From: a virus
Length of the DNA: 64,000 nucleotides
Direction: 5' to 3' (one strand)
Virus record (IMG/VR): IMGVR_UViG_3300034069_000907
Span: 4,016 to 68,015 of that record
Shown here: positions 37,782 to 46,506 of the stretch, one piece after another
How the letters are laid out: each line of letters starts with the position of its first letter
Numbering within the stretch: position 1 is the stretch's first letter
Position numbers and translations under genes: made by a program
The notes under the pieces: generated by a model
Told to the model about the DNA's origin: nothing
The model's input: only the letters and a program-made list of their open reading frames with translations
Database searches by the model: none

Positions 37782-37963
37782 GGGCGGCCCTCATCCCTGA
37801 TGATTACGAGAATGCTCGTCACGACGCCCTCAAGAGCGACGCAGCACCTCGAGCGCTTCTGCTGGCACAGGCACTTCGTCTTGTTCTCGTGCTGGCAGAT
37901 TTGCCAGCCGATCCTGTCGAAGGCCGTCGGCTGTTCGGCCGGCGCAGGTGGGCGGCGCTTCAT
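37778..37963 (-). CDS. small Cys-rich hypothetical protein (61 aa)
   Basis: ATG 37963 overlaps the upstream stop; five Cys. Confidence 0.5.
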   Translation of the reverse strand: MKRRPPAPAEQPTAFDRIGWQICQHENKTKCLCQQKRSRCCVALEGVVTSILVIIRDEGRP

Positions 37964-38223
37964 CGCGCAGCCTCCCGCTTGAGCGTGAAGGCCTGCACGG
38001 TCTCGACGCGCTCGATCTTCCGAATGCGGTCCGTCAGCGTGCCGGCATCGAACCACGATCGTGACTCGGCGGGTCGATCATCCTGGTCCTCATAGTGGGC
38101 ACGCTCGGCAGAGATCAGGCCGGCGAACTCGAGAGGTTGCAAGACGTCCAAGCTGCCGCGGTAGAACACGAGGGCGTTGGGTGGTGCTGCCTGCAATTCG
38201 CGAATGAGATCGGAGACTGTCAT
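37960..38223 (-). CDS. hypothetical protein (87 aa)
   Basis: MTVSDLIRELQAAPPNALV is a common phage N-terminus; coupled ORFs. Confidence 0.7.
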   Translation of the reverse strand: MTVSDLIRELQAAPPNALVFYRGSLDVLQPLEFAGLISAERAHYEDQDDRPAESRSWFDAGTLTDRIRKIERVETVQAFTLKREAAR

Positions 38224-39245
38224 CGCGCGGCCTCCCCGTTGATGGCGTCGACCACGTCGGCCATGTCGCCGGTGCGAGGGCCCCTGGCGCGAGACACAAC
38301 ATCCTTGATCGCGGCCTGAATCACCTCGGGGCTGTACCGGTCGGACACCGTGGCCGGCGCCAGGATTTTCGTACCGTCGTAGATGGTGGCGAGCACGGTG
38401 TAGGGCGTCGGCTCCTCTTCCACCTCAGCGAAGTCCGGATCGTGCTCGAGCACCGCCCGCAGGCCAGCAATATGCGCGTCCAGGTGCCGGCCCGGCTGGT
38501 ATGCCGCCTTGTAGCCGTCGCTGTAGGCCTGAAGAGATCCGGGTGGCAGGCCGAACGATGGGAGTGCGGGGCGCGTCTTCAAGCTATCGAGGGAGACGTA
38601 TTCGACGTAATCGCACGGCTCGTGCTTGGCGTGGAGGTTCTGGCAGATGAGCACAGAGCCGTCCTGGCCTTCCATGACGTTCCACCGCCGGCGGTGCTCG
38701 AGCGCGTCGCGATCCGCCTCGAGGGCCGTGATCTTGGATGCGCGGAGGGCGAGCTCCTCGCGCATGCCGCTGGCGTCGCGTACGGTGGCCTCGAGGGAGG
38801 ATTTCGCGGCGCTGACCTCAAGCCTCAGGGTATCGCGTTCCATGAGCACCGCCCCAGCCTCACAGCGCACCTCTCGCAATTGCCCCTCGAGGTAGTGGTT
38901 GCGTCTGGACAGCCAACGGATCCGGTCTCGCGCAACGGCGAGCACACCCTCAAGATTTGGATCCCGCCTATCCGTGCTGGCGACGGCGAATGCGGCCTGA
39001 TCGTCCGTGAGGTGCCCGCCAGCAATCTGCTCGCGCTTGCACTGGTACCGGGTACCGTGAGGATCCTCGGCGCCGGCCTCGCGCCATCCCGGGATCGGCT
39101 TGATGACCTCGAGGCGCACGGCCTCCTCGACGCCCTGCCAGATCTCGCGACCGCGGGCGGAGATCTCATCGAAGGGGGTGAAGTTTCGGGGGGATTCGCC
39201 CTTAAAGCGGGCGGCGTATGCGGTGCGTCCGTCGAGCATGGTCAA
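38220..39245 (-). CDS. mosaic hypothetical protein with central coiled coil (341 aa)
   Basis: AGGAG SD; ATGA-type overlaps at both ends. Confidence 0.7.
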   Translation of the reverse strand: MTMLDGRTAYAARFKGESPRNFTPFDEISARGREIWQGVEEAVRLEVIKPIPGWREAGAEDPHGTRYQCKREQIAGGHLTDDQAAFAVASTDRRDPNLEGVLAVARDRIRWLSRRNHYLEGQLREVRCEAGAVLMERDTLRLEVSAAKSSLEATVRDASGMREELALRASKITALEADRDALEHRRRWNVMEGQDGSVLICQNLHAKHEPCDYVEYVSLDSLKTRPALPSFGLPPGSLQAYSDGYKAAYQPGRHLDAHIAGLRAVLEHDPDFAEVEEEPTPYTVLATIYDGTKILAPATVSDRYSPEVIQAAIKDVVSRARGPRTGDMADVVDAINGEAAR

Positions 39246-39700
39246 ACTCCTTTCCGGCGATACCCGGTCGCCCGGGCCTGGATTTTCTTGGGTCTGTCGA
39301 AGCCGCGGCCCGCGATCTTGGCCTTTGGCTTGGTCCGTGGCTCCGGGGGCTGTTCCTCCGGAGTGGTTTCCCGGGCTTTTCGCTTCTTCACGAGTTGCCG
39401 GGTTTTCCGCATTTCGCCAATGTCCGTGCCGTTCGTGGTGGCGCCGGTACCGCGCGTCTTGCGGTCGTGGTCCTCCTTGGGCATCCAGCGCAGGTGCTCC
39501 GCGCTGTGCTGGTGCGGGATGTGCTGGCCGGTCTCCTGGCAGACGTCGCGGAGGCCGAGCGCCGGGTGGTGGTCGAACTCCAGCTTGGGGGTCTCATCCA
39601 CCGGCACCCTGCCGAGCGCCTTCCAGGCTTCGACAAGCTGGCGGAGGGCCGCCTCGAGCTTCACATGGAGCGGCGGCTCCCTGCGCTTCTCGGCCTTCAA
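39242..39700 (-). CDS. degenerate HNH-like protein with basic tail
   Basis: TTG start at 39700 overlapping the upstream TGA, GGGAGG SD 8 nt before; EFDHHPAL...HLRWMPKEDHDRKT resembles an HNH core lacking Zn cysteines. Confidence 0.6.
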   Translation of the reverse strand: MKAEKRREPPLHVKLEAALRQLVEAWKALGRVPVDETPKLEFDHHPALGLRDVCQETGQHIPHQHSAEHLRWMPKEDHDRKTRGTGATTNGTDIGEMRKTRQLVKKRKARETTPEEQPPEPRTKPKAKIAGRGFDRPKKIQARATGYRRKGV

Positions 39701-40125
39701 TCCTCGATCCTCCCGGTGATCTGGCGGAGCTCGACGCCAGGAAAGATCTCGGTGACGATGATGAGCTTGGCCCACTCCACGAGCTTCCAGAGTTGCTCTT
39801 CGGAGAAATCGGTCAGGCTCATCGGATCCCGAAATTCCCCGTCGCCGATCAAGCCCTCTCGCTCCACGCAATTCATTTTCAGGAGCATGGCGTTCGAAAG
39901 CGCCCGGGGATTAGGCCAGCGATCGTGATGCTTCACCACGGCGCCCATGATCGACCACCAGGCCGCCCGAGCTTTGCTGCGGGGCTTTTTGACCGGCTTG
40001 GCTGAGAGCTCGGTACCGCGGGCCAGGTCGAAGAATGTGAGCTCATCGAGCGCGGTGGCCGGGACGATCCTTCCGAAGTCGACCCGGAGGATCAGGCCCG
40101 GGCCGTCGTCGCGCTTGGGAGCCAT
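39697..40125 (-). CDS. NinB/DUF1367-like recombination accessory protein
   Basis: KKPRSKARAAWWSIM...PRALSNAMLLKM...DPMSLTDFSEEQL pattern; near Bet. Confidence 0.6.
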   Translation of the reverse strand: MAPKRDDGPGLILRVDFGRIVPATALDELTFFDLARGTELSAKPVKKPRSKARAAWWSIMGAVVKHHDRWPNPRALSNAMLLKMNCVEREGLIGDGEFRDPMSLTDFSEEQLWKLVEWAKLIIVTEIFPGVELRQITGRIED

Positions 40126-40128
40126 GGG

Positions 40129-40773
40129 TCAGGCCGGATGGTGCTCGGCCACGCGAGGCACCAGAGGAGCCACGGGGCCGATGGGCATGCGCTCCCCGTC
40201 GACCAACATCACCATGGGGTTGTCCTCGATCGGCCCCTGAATCTCCACATCCCACATCCCCATGCGGTTCTCGGCGCCCTCGATGTCGCCCATGCTGTAG
40301 AGGTGCCGCACCTCAGCGAGCATGATTTCGCGCTGGCGCTTGTTCTCCTCCTGGAGACCCTTGATCGCCTCTTCGCCGGCGGCCTTGGTCTTGAAGGTTT
40401 CGACCTCGAATTCGCCCTCGCCGATAGGCATCCGGGCCACCCATTGCATGTGCGGCTCGACGCTCGAATGCAGGGCGAACACGGTGTTGCCATCCATGCA
40501 CGCGATGAGCTCTTCCCTGTCGTCGTAGCCGCTGATCTCGTCGGTCCAGTAGACGGGCGCCACGGGGTTGCCCGTGGGCTCGCCCGCGTCGCGCTGGCGT
40601 CGCACGAAATCGTCTCGCGAGCCCAAGAGGGCTTTGATCGAGTCGATGTCAGGCTCCGGGTGCTGGATGAGCGAGAGGAAGGCGCACCCCGTCAGGAACC
40701 CGACGTAGTGCTCCGGTCTCATCAGCGCCGCCATCCGATCCATCGTGGCGAAATCAATCGTAGTGAGTTTCAT
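40129..40773 (-). CDS. hypothetical protein (214 aa)
   Basis: ATG 40773 overlapping the upstream stop; GC3-rich codons. Confidence 0.7.
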   Translation of the reverse strand: MKLTTIDFATMDRMAALMRPEHYVGFLTGCAFLSLIQHPEPDIDSIKALLGSRDDFVRRQRDAGEPTGNPVAPVYWTDEISGYDDREELIACMDGNTVFALHSSVEPHMQWVARMPIGEGEFEVETFKTKAAGEEAIKGLQEENKRQREIMLAEVRHLYSMGDIEGAENRMGMWDVEIQGPIEDNPMVMLVDGERMPIGPVAPLVPRVAEHHPA

Positions 40774-41117
40774 AGCTTTACTTCCTCGCAGGAGTATCGG
40801 GCGGCCAGGATCAGAAGGTTGTCGCCGTGACAGGCGGCATCCGCCGGGCAAAAACAGGCCACGTCTTTGCCGATGAGCTTGGAGATGTTCGCTTGGACGT
40901 AGAGGAGGTGCGCGCGTTGCTCCTCCATGTGCTCGCGGGAGGTGGCCGTCACGAAGCCGTCCAGCACCAGGCGCCCGTGCCAGCGCACACAATCGGCGCG
41001 CGTCCCGTGCACCCCGACCACGAACGGATTGCCGAAGCCGGTGGACCGGTCGACCTTCTTCGCGCCGGCCGGGTACCGGAAGCCCTTGGCCCGCCGGATC
41101 TGGTGGCGAACGGGCAT
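40770..41117 (-). CDS. DUF4326 family protein
   Basis: VDRSTGFGNPF and LIGKDVACFCP...CHGDNL signature. Confidence 0.85.
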   Translation of the reverse strand: MPVRHQIRRAKGFRYPAGAKKVDRSTGFGNPFVVGVHGTRADCVRWHGRLVLDGFVTATSREHMEEQRAHLLYVQANISKLIGKDVACFCPADAACHGDNLLILAARYSCEEVKL

Positions 41118-41404
41118 CAGGCCGGGCCCGCCTGCCCGCAGTAGCCCTCGGTCGGAGTAGCGTCGGCCGACATGGCCGCGGCCTTCTCCGTAGGGCGCTG
41201 CGCAACAGCAGCAGCACGGGCGCGGGCGGAGCTCCCGGAATCCCACCGCCAGAACATGCACCGCGAGCCGATGCACCGGCAGAGATCCTCGATGGTTCTT
41301 GGGTCGGGGTAACGGTTCACCGTGGCGGCCGCCGCTCCTGCGTACACCGCAGCCCGGGCGTTAGGGCACCACTTGGTTTTGGCCTCAGCCTCAGTCATCG
41401 CCAT
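41117..41404 (-). CDS. Cys-rich phage protein (MTEAEAKTKWCP...CIGSRCMFWRW...GYCG)
   Basis: GGAG SD; conserved-looking Cys pattern typical of alphaproteobacterial phage ORFs. Confidence 0.75.
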   Translation of the reverse strand: MAMTEAEAKTKWCPNARAAVYAGAAAATVNRYPDPRTIEDLCRCIGSRCMFWRWDSGSSARARAAAVAQRPTEKAAAMSADATPTEGYCGQAGPA

Positions 41405-41434
41405 TTTGCATTCTCCGAAATCCGAATTTCGAAA

Positions 41435-43126
41435 TTAAATTCCGTTGAGGGTATTCCGGCGCTTCACCACCATGGAGCGCCAGAGGCCGTCGAGAACCGG
41501 ATCCGCGCCGGCCTTCAGAAGCTCGGTGCGCTCGGGGAATGTCGCGGTGCCGATGTCGTTGACCACGGGCACGGTCTCCGCGGCCCCGAGCTCCGCGGCG
41601 AGGCGCTCGGTGAAGGCCTTCGCCCGCGCCGCCACGTCGTCGCCGGCACCTTCCCCGTCAGCAGGTGGAGCCGTGGGCTCTTCAGGCTTCGGATCCGGCT
41701 TGCGCTCCTTGGCGACGCTGAGGCCGTTCCAAATCGTCTCCATCTGCTTCTGGAGCGCCTTCCGATCCTCGACAGTCATCTTGCCGCTCTCAACGAGCTC
41801 CCGACGGATTTCCTTTGTGCCGGCCCACAACTCGGTGAGGCGCGCGTAGTCGACTCCCGGGGCCTGCATCTCCGCGATGATCCAGGCGCGATACTCCTCG
41901 TGTGACGACGTCGGCGGACCATCGGCAGGTGGAGCACCCGGGCCGTCAGCATCCGCGCGCGCATCGGACTGCGCCTTGAACTCCAGGTATTCGGGCTCCC
42001 GCACCTCGACCATGCCGGCGGGTGCCGTGCCGTCATCGGTCTGGACGTAGGCCTTGCGGTCCGGATCGATGAAGAACCGCGGCTTGTGCGCGATCGGCTT
42101 CACGCGAGCGAGGGCGGCCTCGTGCATGTCCTGGTACCGCTGGCGCTCCGTCATCGAGAGCTCACCCTCTACGGTGCCCTCGAAGGTCTCGTGCGCCTGG
42201 TCGACGTCCGACGTGGTCTTGCAGGTTGCGAACAGGTCGCGCGCCTCATCGAGCCAGGCCTCCGGATCGAAGGGCTCATCATCGAGGGCATCCTCATCCT
42301 CCTGGTCGGAATTGAAATTCACGGTGCTGACCGGCTTCTCTTCCGTGAATTCGGCATCCTCAACCGGCGGTGCAGTCGGGCCCTCGGCCGCCCGCGGTGC
42401 CGGCTTCTCTTCGTCGGCAGGGGGAGCGGGCGGCGCCTCGATCGCAGGCGCGCCGGGCTGCTCAGAAATCGGCACGCTGGCGATCGGCGCCAGCATGGCC
42501 TGGCCTTCCATCTCCTCAGCGGCATAGTCGTTGCCGATCTCCTCCGGGAACGCCTTGCGCAGCGCGGCCGCCTCGGCGCACTTCTCGAGTTGCGCGTTGC
42601 CGCGCTTCTTCCACATCTCGTTAGGCTCGGTGCTGCGGCCCTTCTTGGCGTAGGTCTCGAGCCAATAGACTTTCGGCCCGACGAACTTGCACTTCACGCC
42701 ATCGAGGTTCCGATAGACCGTCATCCTGGCCCACTCGGGGAAGGTGAGCGTCACCCCATTGCCAAAGTCGTGGGTGATCCGCGGGCCTTCCTCCGTCTCG
42801 TCGGCGCCGGCGTATTGCCCGGTGCGGAACGCAGTGGTCCGGAGCTCGGAGATCCCGGGCCACACAGTCTCCACCTCCATGCGGCGCTGAGAGTCCCACA
42901 TGGGAACGATGTGCACCGGACGCTTGAACGGATCGAGCTTGCGCGTCTTGCAGTAGGCAAGCGCCATAACGACGGAATCGATGGACTTCGCCGCGGGGTA
43001 AACCGCCCCGACCAGGACGTTCCACGACGTCTTGTCGATCCCCAGGCCGTCGAAACGCTCCGCGATCGCCGGGTGCCAGGGTAGACGTGGGCCTTCAAAT
43101 ACGGCCACCTGCTGATTGTCGCTCAT
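41435..43126 (-). CDS. bet: single-strand annealing recombinase Bet (RecT/Red-beta family) with long acidic C-terminal extension
   Basis: YCKTRKLDPFKRPVHIV, GISELRTTAFRTGQYAG, MWKKRGNAQLEKCAEAAALRKAFP motifs. Confidence 0.9.
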   Translation of the reverse strand: MSDNQQVAVFEGPRLPWHPAIAERFDGLGIDKTSWNVLVGAVYPAAKSIDSVVMALAYCKTRKLDPFKRPVHIVPMWDSQRRMEVETVWPGISELRTTAFRTGQYAGADETEEGPRITHDFGNGVTLTFPEWARMTVYRNLDGVKCKFVGPKVYWLETYAKKGRSTEPNEMWKKRGNAQLEKCAEAAALRKAFPEEIGNDYAAEEMEGQAMLAPIASVPISEQPGAPAIEAPPAPPADEEKPAPRAAEGPTAPPVEDAEFTEEKPVSTVNFNSDQEDEDALDDEPFDPEAWLDEARDLFATCKTTSDVDQAHETFEGTVEGELSMTERQRYQDMHEAALARVKPIAHKPRFFIDPDRKAYVQTDDGTAPAGMVEVREPEYLEFKAQSDARADADGPGAPPADGPPTSSHEEYRAWIIAEMQAPGVDYARLTELWAGTKEIRRELVESGKMTVEDRKALQKQMETIWNGLSVAKERKPDPKPEEPTAPPADGEGAGDDVAARAKAFTERLAAELGAAETVPVVNDIGTATFPERTELLKAGADPVLDGLWRSMVVKRRNTLNGI

Positions 43127-43135
43127 GGTAGTTCC

Positions 43136-44320
43136 TCAGCGAATGGAGGCGCGTTCGACGGACGTAACGCCCTTCATATCAGGCATGCCGGGCCCATAAT
43201 TACGGTAGATCTTGGCAACGAGAGCGTTGAGCAACTCGATCACTTCGGGGTTCTTCTTCAGTTGCTCATAGACCGCATCTTGATCCACGATTGTCGGGAC
43301 CATCACGATCTTGGCGGAGCTCTTCCGGCCCTGTGCGCCCTTGAACGAAGTCGGAGGAGCCGAGACCTGGACAGGTTCGGGCGTCGGAGCGAGCGCAGGC
43401 GGCGGCGCGACGGGCGGCGGGGTCGCTGCTGCTGGCTTGCCGGCCGTAGGGGGCTGCGCTGCTTTCCTGGCGGCCTCAGCCTCGCGGGCCGCCGCTGCCT
43501 CGCGTTCCTCAGCCGCGCGCCTCTCGGCCGCCGCAGCAGCTTCCAAGGCGCGCACCCGGGCGATCTCTGCCGTGGTGTGATCTTCGATCGCCTTGCGGAG
43601 CTTGTCTGCGAGCCCTTTGGTGTCCTCGATCAGCGGGAACCACGCGGCATCCACTGCCCGGCCAGCCTCGAGGTGCGGCTCCTTCTCGGCCTTGTGCGCC
43701 TTCTTGGCTTCGCCCGCCAACGACGTGAGGCGCGAGCGGAGGCCCTGCGCGGCGTCACCCTCTTCCTGAGATGTGACCTTGGCGAGCTTCTCGACCTGGG
43801 GCTTGGCGGCTTCGATCTGCGCGCGGAGAGCCTCGAGGGTCATCTCCTCGATCTCTTCCTCGCTGGCACCGCTGTTGTCGCCGATGACGCCCGGGCGCGC
43901 CGGCGGCGGATCCTTCGGCTTGTCCGCGGCCACAGGGATGGGCTTGAGGTTCAGGTGCTCAGGCCACTCGCGGTTCGCCATCCAGGCCTGGTAATCCTCG
44001 TATGTGATCGGGTGTCGGCCGATGTACGAGAACACTTTGAAATCGTAATCCTCCTCGGCCTCAGCAGAGTCGAGGATCACCTTCGTCCGGTCGGACATGC
44101 CGGTCTTGCAGTGCTTGAAGCCGTCGGAGGCGATCCAGATAGCGACCGGAAACCAGACGCCGGTGGAGCGGTTCTGCGTCCGGTAATAGCCGATCGGCAC
44201 CATCGCTAAGGGCACCTCGAGTTTCTTACCCTTCAGCGCAGCCTGCCAGAACTTCCAGCCGATCGTGTCGGGCTTGGGCGGAGTGCGGCGCTGCGGGGGA
44301 ATGTCGGCCTGTTCGTTCAC
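43136..44320 (-). CDS. coiled-coil hypothetical protein adjacent to Bet (394 aa)
   Basis: Long ORF; HKAEKEPHLEAGRAVDA helical motif; Pro/Ala linker. Confidence 0.8.
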   Translation of the reverse strand: MNEQADIPPQRRTPPKPDTIGWKFWQAALKGKKLEVPLAMVPIGYYRTQNRSTGVWFPVAIWIASDGFKHCKTGMSDRTKVILDSAEAEEDYDFKVFSYIGRHPITYEDYQAWMANREWPEHLNLKPIPVAADKPKDPPPARPGVIGDNSGASEEEIEEMTLEALRAQIEAAKPQVEKLAKVTSQEEGDAAQGLRSRLTSLAGEAKKAHKAEKEPHLEAGRAVDAAWFPLIEDTKGLADKLRKAIEDHTTAEIARVRALEAAAAAERRAAEEREAAAAREAEAARKAAQPPTAGKPAAATPPPVAPPPALAPTPEPVQVSAPPTSFKGAQGRKSSAKIVMVPTIVDQDAVYEQLKKNPEVIELLNALVAKIYRNYGPGMPDMKGVTSVERASIR

Positions 44321-44517
44321 TGCATCGTCTCCGGAGTGGATGGCGCGTCCAGGACGGCCAGGAGGGTGAGGACGTTCGCGAGCCGGCGCTTGGCATCGGC
44401 CACATGCTCCTCGTACTCGAGGATCTCAGCGCGGATCTCTTCGGCATCGTGGCGGAAGGCCTGACGCAGGCCCTCGGACACCGGGGCGAAGGTCAGGAGA
44501 TCGGCGGGATCAGGCAT
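44317..44517 (-). CDS. small hypothetical protein (66 aa)
   Basis: ATG 44517 after GAGG; overlap with downstream start. Confidence 0.6.
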   Translation of the reverse strand: MPDPADLLTFAPVSEGLRQAFRHDAEEIRAEILEYEEHVADAKRRLANVLTLLAVLDAPSTPETMQ

Positions 44518-44639
44518 AGGCGCCTCGCGATTTGCGGCCGGCGCTCCAACGCCCACGCGCGCACAGCGGCGGGGCGGTCGGGTGAATGACGAGCTCATTC
44601 GTGCCAGCAGGAATTTCGGGATTTCGAATTTCGGAAATT

Positions 44640-44668
44640 AATTTGGCAGGGATTTACTACCCCGTAAA
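44640..44668 (-). promoter_or_regulatory. candidate sigma70 promoter TTTACG-N17-CAAATT
   Basis: -35 at 44668-44663, -10 at 44645-44640; same architecture as 47283-47311. Confidence 0.5.
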
Positions 44669-44818
44669 CCCGCAAAATTCCGGAAAATGCCTGAAAATAG
44701 CGAAGGGCCCCCCGAGTGTCCCGGAGAGCCCTTCTAAGTGCAGCCCCAGGGTCCAGGGCCGCTCGCGATGAAATTGAAATACACGAGTTTCTTTACAGTT
44801 CCAATACGCCTGCCAAAT

Positions 44819-45007
44819 TTAATTTGAGGCCTCGAGCGCCTCCACCGCTTTGACGGTATCTCCTGCGGCCCCAACGAGCTCGGCAATCACGAGCAGGATG
44901 GTGGAGACGGCGGGAGGTGTGTGCTTGGCGCGCTCGCGCAGGCTGTCCTGGTAGGTCTCGGCGACGAAGGCCAAGGCGTCCGAATCCGTGGCAAGGCTCT
45001 TTTGCAT
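44819..45007 (-). CDS. small hypothetical protein (62 aa), first gene of the leftward operon
   Basis: AAGGAG SD 7 nt before ATG. Confidence 0.7.
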   Translation of the reverse strand: MQKSLATDSDALAFVAETYQDSLRERAKHTPPAVSTILLVIAELVGAAGDTVKAVEALEASN

Positions 45008-45026
45008 AGTGCTCTCCTTGGGTCTG

Positions 45027-45082
45027 AAAAAGGAGGAGCCGGCGAGAGGCTGGCAGCATCTTGCCCCAGCATCGCCGGCTCC
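45027..45082 (-). terminator. terminator/attenuator hairpin just before the first leftward gene
   Basis: 11-bp stem (45035-45045 with 45072-45082) followed on the minus strand by TCCTTTTTC. Confidence 0.55.
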
Positions 45083-45653
45083 GAGATCCCCGCGTTCCCC
45101 CCGAAGGCAGGCCGATCCGGGTCTCTCACCGGATTGCAGAGGGTCTCCTCCACCTTCCGGCCGGGATCAGGCGCCCGAAGGCCCTGCCCGTTATTGCCCT
45201 CACGGGCATCTGTGTGAGGCCAGAGTTCCGAGCCTAAACGGGTGGATTAGGTCCGCCGTGCTGTCGGTCTCTGGCCTCTACGGCGCGAGGTGCTCGCAAG
45301 ACCGGGTGTTACCGGCGTTGTCGGCCTCCGCCGATTGAGCCCCGATGTGGGGCATCTGTGCGAGGCTCCGGAGCCCAACGGCCTTTCGGCGGACTCTCCG
45401 GAGCCTCTATCCGCTGGACCCTCGCCAGAGATGAGCAGCGGAATTTGAATTACGATGCCAGGATGGAATATGCGGGGCAGCGCTTCCATCCTGGCGATCC
45501 CCCGGCACGGCCGGCTGGGCAGTTGGTTGTGTGTGAACGCAACCCGGGGGACGTGATGAAACTCCCACCGATCGAGATTTCCCGCAATTAAATTAAATTT
45601 CGCGAAACTCGAATTTCCGGAAATTGACTCGCCCCGAAATTGGGCGCTAAACG

Positions 45654-45690
45654 AAAAGGCCCCGGCGAGCGCTACCAACGCTCCCGGGGC
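45654..45690 (-). terminator. rho-independent terminator-like hairpin
   Basis: GGCCCCG/CGGGGCC plus GAGCG/CGCTC stem, followed by TTTTC on the minus strand. Confidence 0.55.
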
Positions 45691-46223
45691 CGATGATCGG
45701 TTTCGCTTGCTGGCGGGACAACCGACGTAGCCACCCTTAGCGGATGCCGCTGAGGGTTTCCAGGGGACGCCCCTGGAATGGCGTCTGTTTCCCTCTGAAA
45801 ATCGAAATTGATCCGTAGCGTCATCGTGGCGATGTGCTCAGGCACGGCGCTGACCGTTGAACGACGCAACCCGCGGGCATCGAGAGTCCTACGGCGGGCA
45901 ACGGAGAACAGAGGACGGGGATCCCGAAAGGGCCCTGCCGGAGGCGTGCGCGCCAACGGTGAAGATGCCCCCTCCCGCGGGGATTCTCCCTGGGGGTAAG
46001 GGGGCATCTTTCGGGTTTCTCCCAACCCTTCCAGTTCAATCCTGAAACATACTCTGTTCTTGAACGATTCAGGTTGAGGAATCGCGCGAGAGTTCTGCCG
46101 ACATAATCTGGCAGAATTTTTTCGAGGCAGAAAAGATTGGACTGCGGATCTCCGCGATAGCTCGAGATCAATAAGCGCTGATCTTCACAGCCAAGATCTA
46201 TCGACCGTGAGGCGAAACGGGCA

Positions 46224-46264
46224 ACGAAATTTCGTCTAACGAATTTGGTCCGACGATTTTTCGT
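46224..46264. promoter_or_regulatory. two operator-like palindromes ACGA-N4-TCGT
   Basis: ACGAAATTTCGT 46224-46235 and ACGATTTTTCGT 46253-46264, partial site between them. Confidence 0.45.
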
Positions 46265-46506
46265 TCACGCCAAGTGTGAGTTGCTTCGAGATCATCCCTC
46301 GATTGCCTTCGAGAAAGCGAGATCCGGCGAGATTTGGCCGAGTGTTCTTTTTTCGTTCCTTGGCGCGGTATCTCGGCCTAACCTGCGGCACCCAAGATGA
46401 GAGCAAGATACGGCTTCATATTTTTTCGTCAGACCAGTTTTAATTCCGCTGGGAGTAGATATATTCGGAGCAACGCATCGACGGCCACCACACGTCGCAG
46501 GGTCCA

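Larger units (their letters stand above)
45010..46012. ncRNA. putative long structured RNA(s) or leader in the divergent switch region
   Basis: At least 10 hairpins, stems up to 12 bp, with cUUCGg, GAAA and GAGA loops; no convincing CDS. Confidence 0.5.

Noticed and set aside
45010-46012. tRNA, tmRNA, self-splicing intron or known ribozyme in the structured region
   Set aside because: No cloverleaf or T-loop, no hammerhead CUGAUGA/GAAA core, no group II domain V recognised by eye; an Rfam search is still needed.
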